Part shown: one piece after another, positions 1-11,600 of the stretch
How positions within the stretch are numbered: position 1 is the stretch's first letter
Layout: each line of letters opens with the position of its first letter
Assembly: GCA_002506365.1 (NCBI GenBank)
Contig: DAXK01000024.1
Span: 30,944-94,943, forward strand
DNA length: 64,000 nucleotides
Origin: an archaeon UBA583
GTDB taxonomy: Archaea; Nanobdellota; Nanobdellia; Woesearchaeales; UBA583
Direction: 5' to 3'
Program-made: the position numbers and the translations under genes
Notes under the pieces: generated by a model
Told to the model about the DNA's origin: nothing
Databases searched by the model: none
The model's input: the letters and a program-made list of their open reading frames with translations, nothing else

Positions 1-599
1 AAATCTAAACTTAAAATTAAATTTCTAAAAGAAGGTTCAGTTAAATCTAAAAATTGTGCATCAATCTTTTTAACATCATAAACTGGTAAAACTCTAAACT
101 CAACTGGAAAAAATTCAACTAAACCATTTGAATCATAAACAATAATATCTGAAGAAAATTTTTTATTAAATAAATTATTAGAATCTACTGAATCAGATAA
201 ATATAAACTCTTTGAAATCTTAAGTTTCTCCCCAGGTAAAATTCTATACTTCTCAACAGAACTAGAATTAAACTCACTAAAAAAAGAAAAAATTTCATCA
301 TAAGAAACATTAATAGTCATCTCATCTAATCCAACATTTTCAACTACCAAACTAAACATAGTATTTGAATTATTATAAATTCCAACATAACTATTTGACC
401 CATCAAAATTAATTTTATACACTAAAGAAGAATTCCCACAATCAATATAACAATTTAAAGAATTCTCTCCACTTGAACAAAAATTATCTCCACAAAAAAG
501 ATTTTCCTTAAAACCATCTTGTGCTGAAAAACCAACAAATGTAAAACTTAAAACTAATACAAAAAATAAAATAAATTTATTTAAAAAATTAAAATTCAT
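1..599 (-). CDS. Secreted protein, N-terminal part only (continues past the left edge): signal peptide, four-Cys module, beta-rich domain
   Basis: ATG at 597-599 on the minus strand lies 1 nt after the stop of 601..5634. My translation is MNFNFLNKFILFFVLVLSFTFVGFSAQDGFKENLFCGDNFCSSGENSLNCYIDCGN.... It is absent from the ORF track because it is open at the window edge. The Cys module matches those in the 1677-aa protein. Confidence 0.6.
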   Translation of the reverse strand, partial: MNFNFLNKFILFFVLVLSFTFVGFSAQDGFKENLFCGDNFCSSGENSLNCYIDCGNSSLVYKINFDGSNSYVGIYNNSNTMFSLVVENVGLDEMTINVSYDEIFSFFSEFNSSSVEKYRILPGEKLKISKSLYLSDSVDSNNLFNKKFSSDIIVYDSNGLVEFFPVEFRVLPVYDVKKIDAQFLDLTEPSFRNLILSLD

Positions 600-600
600 T

Positions 601-1776
601 TTAATTTTTCCCTCCATGTTTATTCATAAAATCCTTTAAATTCTCAATATACACTTCAACCATTCTAAATCTTCCTTCCTTTAATTTATTCTTAGCTAAC
701 TTTAAATCCATTCTAACATCTTCAACATTAGTCCCTCTAGCCTCTAAAGCATCAATAAACCCTGAAACTTGTTTTAAATAATTTGAATAATTCATATACT
801 TAACCAATAACTCATCAGATAACTTATGAGGATTATGAACAGGTGGTTTAATATCTACAAACCAAGGTCTTCCCTCATTATAATGAGGATTTTGAAATAA
901 CCCAGTCCCAATACTCATCCTAGTAATTCTCTCAGCATAAATTTCTCCATATTTAGATTTAGCCTTTGCAATATCAGACATACTCTTAGTATTTAATTGA
1001 ATCTCAGTTAAAACATTTCCTTGTAAAGCTTCCTTAAAATCCGCACTTACTTGTGAAACCATCAATACTCCAATTCCCCACTTTCTAAATTCTCTCGCTG
1101 CTTTCTCTAAAGCTAAATATCCCCCTGAACCTCCATACTTTTCTAACATCCTATGGATTTCATCAAACACTAAAAGCATCTTTAACCTATTAGCTTCTCC
1201 CCACTTCATTTGGAAAATTGTATCAACAATATTTGAAACAGCAATATCATACTCACCAGCTTTCAAATTATTTAAATTAAAAATTGTAACTTCACCTGGA
1301 TTCATATAATCCTTAAAATCTAAATCAAACTTAGGAGTATCAACATTATAAATAATTCCCTTATATGATTTAACATCATCCTCAGACATTCCAAACTTTT
1401 TAAAATACTTTAAAATATTTTCATCCTTATTACTACCTAAAAATCCAGTCCACTGCGCAGTTGGATCAAAAATTACTACAGGAATATTTTTATCTAAAAC
1501 TCCCTCAACAAATACTGAAGAAGTAACAGACTTACCTGAACCAGTAGAACCTGCAACCAAACCATGAGTTAAAAAATCATTAACATCAAAATAAGCTGGT
1601 TTATTAGTCCCACCAATCTTTCCAATTAAAACAGTTGAATCTCCATTAACAGGTAACTTTTTCAAATCAGGAATAATATATTTGGATTTTTTAAATAAAT
1701 TATCTCTATAATTTTTATAAAATCTATATCCAACATATACAACAATAGGAACAATAATAATTAATAATAATAAAAT
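601..1776 (-). other. TM helix (nt 1726-1776) plus cytoplasmic P-loop ATPase domain of FtsK/HerA/VirB4 type
   Basis: Walker A HGLVAGSTGSGKSV is at nt 1528-1551 and Walker B MLLVFDEIHR at nt 1159-1176. GIGVLMVSQ follows, then a C-terminal coiled-coil tail. The motif pattern matches DUF87/HerA-like ATPases as I recall them. Confidence 0.75.
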
Positions 1777-4700
1777 TTTTCTATCTGTTGTCCAAAAACT
1801 TACAGCATACTTAAAATTTTCTGAAATTTCAATTGTCTCAGACCCAACAGTCATAAAAACTGAAAACTTATACTCACCAATAGGTAAACTTGAATTTGCA
1901 AAATTACTAAACCCTAAAATCTTTTCATAATTTTTTCCATTCTCAACTAATAAACTTTCCTTTTTTTCTAAATAAATTGAATCATTTAAATTTGCACTAT
2001 CCCCAATACTTGAAATTACATACATAACCTCAGCATTAAATTTATCTGAATCCTTATTATCCACATCAAAATTAAACTCAAAATAATCTGAAGTAAAAAC
2101 ACTATCCTCAAGCTCTAAATTAATATCAATAGTTGACCTATTAATAATATTAATTGCTAAAGGTAATTGCTTTAACCCTCCTTTCTCTGAATACACTAAA
2201 ACATTTCCAGAAACTAAACCTAAATCAGAATCAGCTGGAATCTCAACTTTAAAATTTAATTGATTTTGAGTTCCAGGAACCAAAGTTAATTCTGTTTCCT
2301 CAAAAGTAATATATTCTTGTAAATTATTTGTAACACCAAATCTAAAAGTTTTCTCCTCCTCTAATTTTGAAATTAAATAATAAATAACATCCTTACTAGT
2401 TCCAACTTTAATATTTGGACTTAAATAATTTGTATAATGACCAAAAGGAAACTCTAAACAATCCTCAGCACAGTTTCTTAAATCCTCACCATTATCACAA
2501 ATAAAATTTCCACAAGTTAAATATAAAAAAGCTTGAGGACTACAATCCTCTGAACAACTTTGAGGATTCTCCCCAGTATTAACATCACAAATATTATCTC
2601 CACAACTTCCCTTAATATCAAATAAATCTTCAATAACTCCACCAGCACCACCAGCACCAGAAGCTGTAGCACCTGAACCTCCAGCCCCAGATGATGAACT
2701 ACTTGAAGAACTACTTCCTGAACTTGAACTTCCACCAGATGAACCTCCTGAACTTCCACCAGAACTTCCTCCTCCTGAAGAAGAACCTCCTGAACTTCCC
2801 CCATTAGAACCTCCAGAATTATCTTCATTCTCATTTCCTTGACCAGAATTTCCAGTATCACTATCACTAGCTAACTTTTGAGTTGTTAAAATATATGAAC
2901 TCATATTTTTAGTTGAAAAATATGCTAAAAAATTTTCTTCATCAATCTTAACCGGTCTTAAATCAACCCAATCACTAGCATTACAATCATTAGGATTAAA
3001 CTCACTACACTTTTTAAATAATAACTCACCTGGATTAAAAACCTGTGAATTTTCTAAAGATTTATCTAAAAACTTTTTATAATTAATTTTAATTTCAGCT
3101 TCACTAAAACTTGTTTTATTAGCATCAACTGAAAAAGTAAGTAAACTTGTATTTACAGGTAAATCAACTAAAACATCATTAAAATCTGTAACAACAACTG
3201 GATTTGAAACCGTATTTGTATTATTAATTAAATCAAAAGTTGAATCCTTAAATAAAATATTAACTTGATTAACATTTGAAACATCTTCTCTATCAGTAAT
3301 CTCAAAATCAACATTTAAATTAATTTTTCTATTTGAACTTTTAATATTTTGAGAATTATTATTATAATCCACAGTCACACTATCAAAAATTACCTCATTT
3401 GAATCTGGAGAAAATGAAGTTAAATTTAATTTCACATAAGGATTAGTATTATTAATTTTTAAAACAATCTCTGGAAAAGTATCTAAATAATTTGACTTTA
3501 AACCCCTATTAGAACTACTATCATTTGCAAAAGCAACTAAAATATATTCCTTATTTAAATTAAAATTATTTAAATCAAAACTATACTTATTTAACCCTAA
3601 ATCAGATGAAACTAAACTTGAAAATTCAGAAACATACTTCGCATTAAAACTTGACCTAAAAGATAAACTCTTATTTAAATCATTATTTTTAATAACAAAA
3701 GATACATCTTTCCCATTTAAAGATTCATAATTATAATAATTTCTAAAATTATCCAAACTTAACTTATAATCATAATCAACAACAATATTTTTAAATTCAA
3801 ATTGTCCTGGACTATTAGTAATTACTCTAACTGGAACTCTACAAGTATCCTCAATAATTGAATGCTCACTTAAAATTCCTAAACCATAAAGCATTGAATA
3901 ATCTAAACTATAAATGTCAAAAATATAATTAAACCTCCACTTATCAACCTCACAAGTTTTAAATCCTTTATTTAACTTTGAAATAAACTTAACATTTGAA
4001 AAAGTTTTACCAACAGTTAAATTTGAAACATTATCAATTAAAACTGAAGTATTTAAACCAACACTAATATTATAATTAATATTTTCATCAAAATCAATAA
4101 TTTCTAAATAATTACTAGTTAAAGTTTTCTTTGACTTTTGATACTCATCTAAAACATCAACTCTAAAATTTTTAGGTAAATAACTTCCAAGTTCACTAAA
4201 CCTTTTCAATTCCAAAAAAGAAGTAACTAAATCTTGATAAAAAACAATTTCCCCACCAGCTAAAGTAACTACAACAATATCCCTATTTAAACTATCTGTA
4301 TAAGTCTCAACTCCTTTAGGTCTTAAACCAGAAATTGAATCTAAATTATTAAAATTCCCAGCATCAAAAACTAAAACTCTATTATTCAAATAATCTGAAA
4401 TAAATAACTTTCCAAAATTAAACTCAACATCAATTGGAGACTTTATAAAATCCTCAGACCCAATCGCAAAAATTGATTGTGAAAAAGCTAAACTAGAAAA
4501 ATTCGTCTCAGAATTTGACATTAAAAAAGATACAACCTCCGAATTCCCAGAATCAATAGCAACTAAATTAATATTACCATTATAATCAAAAACCTCTAAA
4601 GAAGTTAAATAAGTAAAACTTAAATCCTCTGCCTTTCCAGTTATTTCATAAACCTCAGTAAAATTTAAATCTAAAACTTTAATAGAAGATGAATCTAAAT

Positions 4701-5634
4701 CAATAACAAAATAATTATCATTAAACTTTTTAATATCTGATAATTTATAATTAAAAGAATCCAAATTAAAAGTTGCTAAATCTTGAGAAAACCTAAAAGT
4801 TTTATTACTTGAAACATCAGTTGCAACAACTTTATTATCATAACTAAATAAACCTGAAACTAACTCAAACTCATTTGGAAAACTCCCGATAGAAAATGTT
4901 TTCAAATCTAAATTACTTAAATCAGAAACATCAACTCTATACAACCTTTTATCTAAACTCTCATAAAAATAAATTGAACCATTTAAATAAACTACATCTA
5001 AAATAGAACTAAACTTTTGAGAACCTATTTTTGGAACTAAATCAAAACTTAAATCTGACACAACTGAATTTTTAGGTAACTCAATATAAAAAACATCAGA
5101 ACTTAACCCATTTTTATTAAAATCAAAAGAATTTAAATTTTTATTATTATAATTAAAAGTATTAACCAAACCTAAATTATCTCTAGAAAAAATTACTCTA
5201 TCATTTAATAAAACATCAGCAGAACTACTCTCCCCAGAAAAAATTACATCTAAACTTCCATCAATTAAATAAGAATTACTTGGAACCGCATCAACAATAC
5301 TAACATTAGTATTAGCTGGTAAAGTTAAAGAAAAATTTTCTCCACCACCTAAAATATTAGAATTTAAAACTTTATCAAAATCATAAACTAATCCATAAAC
5401 AGAATCAATTGATGATAAGTCATCAACCATAAATTCTACATTATAAGAATCATTATTAATTCTAACCTTTGAAAAATTCTTAAAATTAGGAGAATAAACA
5501 TCCTTAAAACTAATTGAATCATTTGACTCAACTTCCACATAACCTCTATACTCAACACAATTTCCTATCCCAATAAATAAAATAAATAAAATAAAAATTA
5601 AATTAAATTTTCCTCCAATACTTGACTTATTCAT
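601..5634 (-). CDS. Giant type-I membrane protein: signal peptide, NHL-like beta-propeller ectodomain, G/S linker, two four-Cys modules, beta-sandwich, one TM helix, cytoplasmic FtsK/HerA-superfamily ATPase
   Basis: ORF track gives 1677 aa with an ATG start. N-terminal hydrophobic signal is FNLIFILFILFIGIGNC. NHL-type repeats are present (e.g. GKLFISDYLNNRVLVFD). The TM helix is ILLLLIIIVPIVVYVGY (aa 1287-1303). Walker A is GSTGSGKS and Walker B is LLVFDEIH. Confidence 0.9.
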   Translation of the reverse strand: MNKSSIGGKFNLIFILFILFIGIGNCVEYRGYVEVESNDSISFKDVYSPNFKNFSKVRINNDSYNVEFMVDDLSSIDSVYGLVYDFDKVLNSNILGGGENFSLTLPANTNVSIVDAVPSNSYLIDGSLDVIFSGESSSADVLLNDRVIFSRDNLGLVNTFNYNNKNLNSFDFNKNGLSSDVFYIELPKNSVVSDLSFDLVPKIGSQKFSSILDVVYLNGSIYFYESLDKRLYRVDVSDLSNLDLKTFSIGSFPNEFELVSGLFSYDNKVVATDVSSNKTFRFSQDLATFNLDSFNYKLSDIKKFNDNYFVIDLDSSSIKVLDLNFTEVYEITGKAEDLSFTYLTSLEVFDYNGNINLVAIDSGNSEVVSFLMSNSETNFSSLAFSQSIFAIGSEDFIKSPIDVEFNFGKLFISDYLNNRVLVFDAGNFNNLDSISGLRPKGVETYTDSLNRDIVVVTLAGGEIVFYQDLVTSFLELKRFSELGSYLPKNFRVDVLDEYQKSKKTLTSNYLEIIDFDENINYNISVGLNTSVLIDNVSNLTVGKTFSNVKFISKLNKGFKTCEVDKWRFNYIFDIYSLDYSMLYGLGILSEHSIIEDTCRVPVRVITNSPGQFEFKNIVVDYDYKLSLDNFRNYYNYESLNGKDVSFVIKNNDLNKSLSFRSSFNAKYVSEFSSLVSSDLGLNKYSFDLNNFNLNKEYILVAFANDSSSNRGLKSNYLDTFPEIVLKINNTNPYVKLNLTSFSPDSNEVIFDSVTVDYNNNSQNIKSSNRKINLNVDFEITDREDVSNVNQVNILFKDSTFDLINNTNTVSNPVVVTDFNDVLVDLPVNTSLLTFSVDANKTSFSEAEIKINYKKFLDKSLENSQVFNPGELLFKKCSEFNPNDCNASDWVDLRPVKIDEENFLAYFSTKNMSSYILTTQKLASDSDTGNSGQGNENEDNSGGSNGGSSGGSSSGGGSSGGSSGGSSGGSSSSGSSSSSSSSSGAGGSGATASGAGGAGGVIEDLFDIKGSCGDNICDVNTGENPQSCSEDCSPQAFLYLTCGNFICDNGEDLRNCAEDCLEFPFGHYTNYLSPNIKVGTSKDVIYYLISKLEEEKTFRFGVTNNLQEYITFEETELTLVPGTQNQLNFKVEIPADSDLGLVSGNVLVYSEKGGLKQLPLAINIINRSTIDINLELEDSVFTSDYFEFNFDVDNKDSDKFNAEVMYVISSIGDSANLNDSIYLEKKESLLVENGKNYEKILGFSNFANSSLPIGEYKFSVFMTVGSETIEISENFKYAVSFWTTDRKILLLLIIIVPIVVYVGYRFYKNYRDNLFKKSKYIIPDLKKLPVNGDSTVLIGKIGGTNKPAYFDVNDFLTHGLVAGSTGSGKSVTSSVFVEGVLDKNIPVVIFDPTAQWTGFLGSNKDENILKYFKKFGMSEDDVKSYKGIIYNVDTPKFDLDFKDYMNPGEVTIFNLNNLKAGEYDIAVSNIVDTIFQMKWGEANRLKMLLVFDEIHRMLEKYGGSGGYLALEKAAREFRKWGIGVLMVSQVSADFKEALQGNVLTEIQLNTKSMSDIAKAKSKYGEIYAERITRMSIGTGLFQNPHYNEGRPWFVDIKPPVHNPHKLSDELLVKYMNYSNYLKQVSGFIDALEARGTNVEDVRMDLKLAKNKLKEGRFRMVEVYIENLKDFMNKHGGKN
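2455..2610 (-). other. Two tandem four-Cys modules, C-G-[DN]-x-[IF]-C-x(2-4)-G-E-[ND]-x(2,3)-C-x2-D-C
   Basis: Translated as SCGDNICDVNTGENPQSCSEDC and TCGNFICDNGEDLRNCAEDC. A third copy, CGDNFCSSGENSLNCYIDC, is in the downstream ORF at about nt 437-499. Confidence 0.6.
2641..2868 (-). repeat. Low-complexity Gly/Ser-rich linker encoded by imperfect short tandem DNA repeats
   Basis: Encodes SDSDTGNSGQGNENEDNSGGSNGGSSGGSSSGGGSSGGSSGGSSGGSSSSGSSSSSSSSSGAGGSGATASGAGGAGG. The DNA shows reiterated ccagaacttcc/cctgaacttcc-like units. Confidence 0.8.
4230..5000 (-). other. NHL-like beta-propeller repeat region of the 1677-aa protein
   Basis: About six repeats of hydrophobic-x-D-x2-N/S-x-R/K-hydrophobic-x-hydrophobic-F/D type: SIYFYESLDKRLYRVD, VVATDVSSNKTFRF, YFVIDLDSSSIKVLD, LVAIDSGNSEVVSF, LFISDYLNNRVLVFD, VVVTLAGGEIVFY. 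Confidence 0.5.
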
Positions 5635-8600
5635 TTTGACTACCTCCTAAATTTACTCTCATTATTAAATCCTCTAACATATTTGACTTCACAAAAGGCA
5701 TCATACAACCAATGTTTAATCCATCTCCAACTCTCCCATAATAATCAGTTTCACAAACCTCATTAGCTACTTTAAACTCATAACCAAACTTATCAAACTC
5801 ACCATCATAACTCGCACTTGAATTAAACTCAACATTTGAATTTATTTCATAAACATTCGCTCCTAAAACATCAACCAATTTACTTGAACTTGTTGGATTA
5901 ATAACATTAATATTAACATCCACTAAAGTTAACTTAATTGGAACACTAATTGATTCACCAGACACAATATCAGTCACTAATAAAAATTCTTCTAATTGAG
6001 CTTTAACAATGTTTGTAGTATCAAAAGATACAATAAACTCAGATACTTTTGTATCCTCATCCATTTCAACAATTGTTGAATTTTTACCCTCAAAATTAAT
6101 TAAATTATTATTTGAACTACTAATATTAAATGTTCTACTTGAAGAAATTAAGTTATATAACTTAACAGTTTCCAATTCACCCTTAGCACCATTAGCTGAA
6201 ACATAATCACCCTCAATTAAATCCAATTCAAAACTTAAAACTGAACCAGCACTAGCAGCAGCTCCAGCAGCATCAGAAGCCCCTCCAGCACTCTCACCTG
6301 CATCAGCAGAAGAACCTGAATTAATTAATTTAATTATTTTCTCCTTTGAACTATTTTTAACTACATAATTAGCAACATCTGAAATTTCACAACTAAATCT
6401 AAAATCTCCATATTCATAAGGATGGAAATTTAAACTAGCCAAAGCATTTTCAGTTAAAACAGATTTAAATAACTCAAATCTATCAACATAAAAAGCACCC
6501 TCAACTGGATCTTGTCCAACATTTTCAAAACTTAAAACTAACTTATCTAAATTTGAATTACAAATTGAATTAAACTGACTTAAATTAATATCTGGATAAG
6601 ATAACTTACCTTTTACTTCTCCTAAATCAAAATTAACTAAACAATTAGTTTCATCTAAAATACTTACAGTCAAATTCAAAGTTAAATTATTTGGATTATT
6701 AACAACAAACCCTAAACTAGCAAAACTTGAAACATCATTTAAATTTGGACTATTCCACTCTAAATCCATAACACCATTAGTTGCAACACCAGAAACATTT
6801 AATCCTAAACTTCTATCACCATCCTCATTAAATTCACTTGAAGATAAACTATTAACATTAGCACTAGATCTAAATCCAATTGAATCCTCTCCAACAAAAT
6901 TTTCTAAATTACCAAACACTTCAGGATTACTTGAAAATTGACTACCTAAAATAATAGCTTCCCCAATCTCTAAAGTTTCCTCGGTAATTGTTTGTTCTAA
7001 AACAACTTTTGATAATTTTATACTAGCTCCAGCCCCACCATTAAATACAATATAAACATTTTTAATTTGTTTATTTGAACCAATAAATGCTGAATTTGAT
7101 AAAGAACTTTCTCCAGAAAATACTGTCTCAAATCCACTAGGAGTTTGAATTAATAAATCCCAAGTAGTTCCACCAGATAACTCATTAAACTCAACACTTA
7201 CAGTATCTAAATTATTAAAACCTAAATCCTCAACTGGAGAACTTGTTTCATAAACTGAAATATTTGTTTTAGTATCAAACCCTACAAATAACTCACTAAA
7301 TTGAGCAGTAACATTAGTTGCATCTTCACTATTCCAACTATAAATAACTCCATCAACATTCACAACAGACCCTAAAACATACTTAGGTAAAACTGCTGGT
7401 TTATGCATATAAAATTTAGTATCAAACTTTTCAGTTGGATTTGCTACAGTTTTATAAGATTCATAAACTTCACAAACTAAAGGCATATTAAATTGATTAG
7501 ACAATTCACCTGAAATTGTTGAAGGTGTATTCCACTTAGGTTCAACATATACTTTAACAGTTGCTAAATCACTAAAACTCTTATTATAATAATTTTGCTT
7601 TGAAACAAACGCAGATACATTATGAACTCCCGCTTCTAAATTAATACTTGGATTCCATAAAATCTTACAAGTTCCTAAAACATCAGTTTGACAAGTTCCT
7701 AAATCAGTAACTCCATTTAATTTAAACATCACATTTGAATTATTAACATTTAAACCAGTCGCACTATCAGTAACTAAAACACTAACATTACTTTGTGTAA
7801 TATCTAATATATCTAAAGACTCTCTAAATAAAATATCATTCTCAACTGTTAAACTCCCAATTAAAGTATCTCTAACAACAACAACATTTCTTTGAGCAAT
7901 AACTTCATCAGGACCAATTTGAATCTTAGCTGTTAAATTATAATTACCTAAAACAGTATTATCAATATTCCAATTAAAAGCTCTACTTGAACTTAAAACC
8001 TTTGAACCAGCTGAACTCTCTAAAGACCAAGTTGTATTATAAGATAATGAATTAGTAATATCAGACCCATCAATATCAGTTACTTCAAAATCAAAATTAT
8101 AATTATCTTGATAAATTAAAATATTATCTAATGGACTTAAAATCTTTAAACCATATCCACCTAAAATTTGAATTTCACTTGAAGTATTTCCACTATTATA
8201 ATAACTCTTACCTGCTAAAACTGAAACATTATAAATTCCAGCAGTTAAAACATCAGGATTCCAATTAATCTCACAAGTTCCTAAATTATCAGTATAACAA
8301 CTTCCAATTTGATCTAAAGTATTAAACTCAGTTGCATTAGTTGTAAAATTCACTTGTGAATTAATTACAGGATACCCATAAAAATCCTTTAAATTTACTG
8401 TAACATTTACATTATTACAAGCAATTGAATCATATAAATACAAACTACCTAAACAAGTAGCAGGATAATCATAACTAATAGTTGGAATAATATTTCCAAT
8501 TAAAGTTACATTTCTAACAGCTTGAGCTCCAGCTTTTACAAAATTTGAATCATCATCTTTTGGACGACAAATTAAACTATAATCTCCTGGACTATAAGTT

Positions 8601-11600
8601 GTAAAATTCCAAATATATTGTAAACTCCCTGGAACATTAGGTCCAGATAAATTATAAGTATTATTAGATAATAAAATACTCTCACCTAAATTTGAATCTA
8701 AAACTAATTCAGCTGGGTAATTTTGAATTAAACTATTAACATTTAAAGAATCAAAATATTTACAATGAAAATCAATAGCCCCTTGAGTTGCTAATAATGA
8801 AGTTACAACATTAGAAGATTTATCAATCACATTATTTAATGGAACAGTTTGAACAAAATCTGAATCTGCTTTTCCAAAAATTGAAATATTTGTAAATACA
8901 AAACTTCTACAAGTATCATCTAAACATTCAGTTGAATCAACTTTTAGATATCCATTATAATTTCCTCTAGCTGTAGCTGAAAACATATCCATTGAAAATG
9001 TCTTAGACTCAGAAACTGCTAAAGATGAATAACTAGCAGGAGTAAAAGAAATTGTAAAATCACTATTATCTAAACCTTGCTTTAAAGTTCCATTATAAAT
9101 TGAAATATCAACATTATCTAACTTATCATTACCATAATTTTGAATATTAACTAAACCAATATTTTGAGGATTAAAACCAACATTTAAATCAAATTTTTCT
9201 AATTCATTTGAAATAATTCTAACTCTATTAGTTGGATCAATATTAACTGTAAAAGTATCTGACACAAATCCATTACTTGAATCCACATTCTTCCAATTAC
9301 TTAAAACAAAAAATAACTTATTTCCATTTCCAACATTTTCATCTAATGTAACTCTAACTGTAGTTAAACAAAAATTCCCAGTTAAAATAGTTCCACAATT
9401 AACAATTGAATTTGTAGCATCAACCTTTAAACCATCACCACTAAAAATTAATTGTGAATTTTTCATTCTAGCTAAACCATCATTATCCAATTTAACTTGT
9501 AAATCAAAACTATAATCCTCTCCAACATAAATCGGATCAGCATTAGATACTTGAGGACTTAAAGTTAAACTTCCACTAGTTGTTCCAACCGCATTAAATA
9601 CATTTGTAAATGTTTGAGTTTGATTTTTATTTCCAATATTTGTAGCAACAACTTCAACTGAATGAAATCCAGCAACTCTAGGAGTAAAAGTATAACTATC
9701 AAAACTATCTGGTGAAGTAAAACCTCCTTGAGGGAAATTATAAACAAAAGTATTTCCATCAGGTTCAGCAATATTAAAAGTTAAATCTCTTAAAGTAACA
9801 GGAGTTGCTGTAATATTTGAAGTAATTACAACTGATTGTTCAGCAACTTCCAATAAAGCAACATCTGATGTAACTGAATTAATAACTGGAGGTGAATTTG
9901 AAATAAAAAATGTGAAATCATCTGTTCCAACATTTCCAACTAAATCTTGAGCAACAACTTCAAAAACAGTAGTTCCCTCAGTCCCTCCAAAATAAGTAGG
10001 TAATTTATCAGTTAATTCAAATCTATTAATTCCACCATTATATACTAAATCTTCTCTTAAATTAGTATCAACTCCAATTCCTGAAACTGGTCTAATATAT
10101 ACTCTAGATAAATTATTAACTCCGTTATTCTCATCAACCCAAGATGACCAACTCATATTCTTTAATGGACTAACTCCTGGAAATCCTCCAGTAACTGGTG
10201 AAGAGGGTTCAGCATTAGTAATTCCAAAACTTCTAATAATTGGAGCAGCATTATCTAAAACAAAATCATAACTCTTTACAGCCTTATTCCCTGCTCTATC
10301 AGTTAACTCAACTAAAATAAATTTATTACCTGAAACTCCAGCCCCCTCACTCATTGAATAAGTAGTTCCACAAGTATTTCCAGAAACTGCAACAGATACA
10401 ATTTCATCATCTCCACCATCTAATACACCATTATCACTATAAAAAACTTTACAAATATCATATAAAGGTTCTCCAGCAGTTAATGAAAATGTTTGTGAAT
10501 CCCCTGATTTAATTAAAGAACCAGAAAAAGATTCTCCAGTAATTACAGGATTTAAATTATCAACATTTAAACTTACAGTCTTACTATTTAAATTATCTAA
10601 AGTATCTTTAGCTTGAACTGTAAAAATATAAGTCCCATCAGAAATTCCAGTTGTATCAATTGTACATGAATAAGCATCAGCACCCTCACTAACCATATCA
10701 TAAGTAGTTCCATCAACAATACAATCATAAGTTGTATCAACTCCCTCATCAGCAGCATCATTAATAGTTGCAAATAATTTCATATTCCCTGAGATATAAT
10801 TTCCATCAATCCCTGAAGTATAAGCTCTCCCATCACTATTTGAAACTTTATAAATATTAATAGTAGGAGCATTATTATCAATTTTAAAATTTCTAACTAA
10901 AGATTTTTGATTTCCTGAATTATCAGTTGCTTTAACAGTTACAGAATGATCCCCATCTGAATATCCAGTTGTAATTACATCAAATTCACAATTTCTAGTT
11001 AAACCTGAACCAGAACAAATCATCAAAGTTTCAACTTCAGAATCAACTTTAGCTTTTGCATTTGCAAAATTTGCTTCAGTAATAGTTGCTAAAACTTTAT
11101 GAGTATTCTCCGTAACTAATCCATCAGCAGGATCACTAATTACAACAACAGGTAATGTATTATCAATTTTTAAATCAATAGACTGACTTCCAACTTTACC
11201 AGACTTATCAGTAGCTGAAACTGTTAAAGTTTTAGTTCCATCTCCACCAACACAAGGTTTTGTTGTATCAAAAGACTTTGAAAATTGATTTGCTGAAATA
11301 TATGTCATAGTTTCAGTACAACTTCCAATAGTAAAACTAACTAAACTATTATCTCTATTTACATCAACAACATTAGCTTTAACTGAAATTGAACCTTTAA
11401 CATATTGATCATTTACTAAAGTTGTAATAGTTACAACTGGTAAAGTTGTATCCAAATAAAAATCAAAATTCTTTGAAGTTGGATTATCTAAACTATCCTT
11501 AGCTGTAATAGTTACTGTATTTTTTCCTTCAACAAAACCACTCGCATCAATTGCAGCTGAAACTCCACAACTTTGTCCAGATGCAACACACTGATTTACA

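Noticed and set aside
2517-2867. 116-aa minus-strand ORF (MIVILEILVKEM...) inside the 1677-aa gene
   Set aside because: It is an alternative frame of the G/S-rich repeat region. Its V/L/E/Q-only composition is what a repetitive GGN/AGY tract gives out of frame, and it is fully nested in a far longer ORF with recognisable domains.
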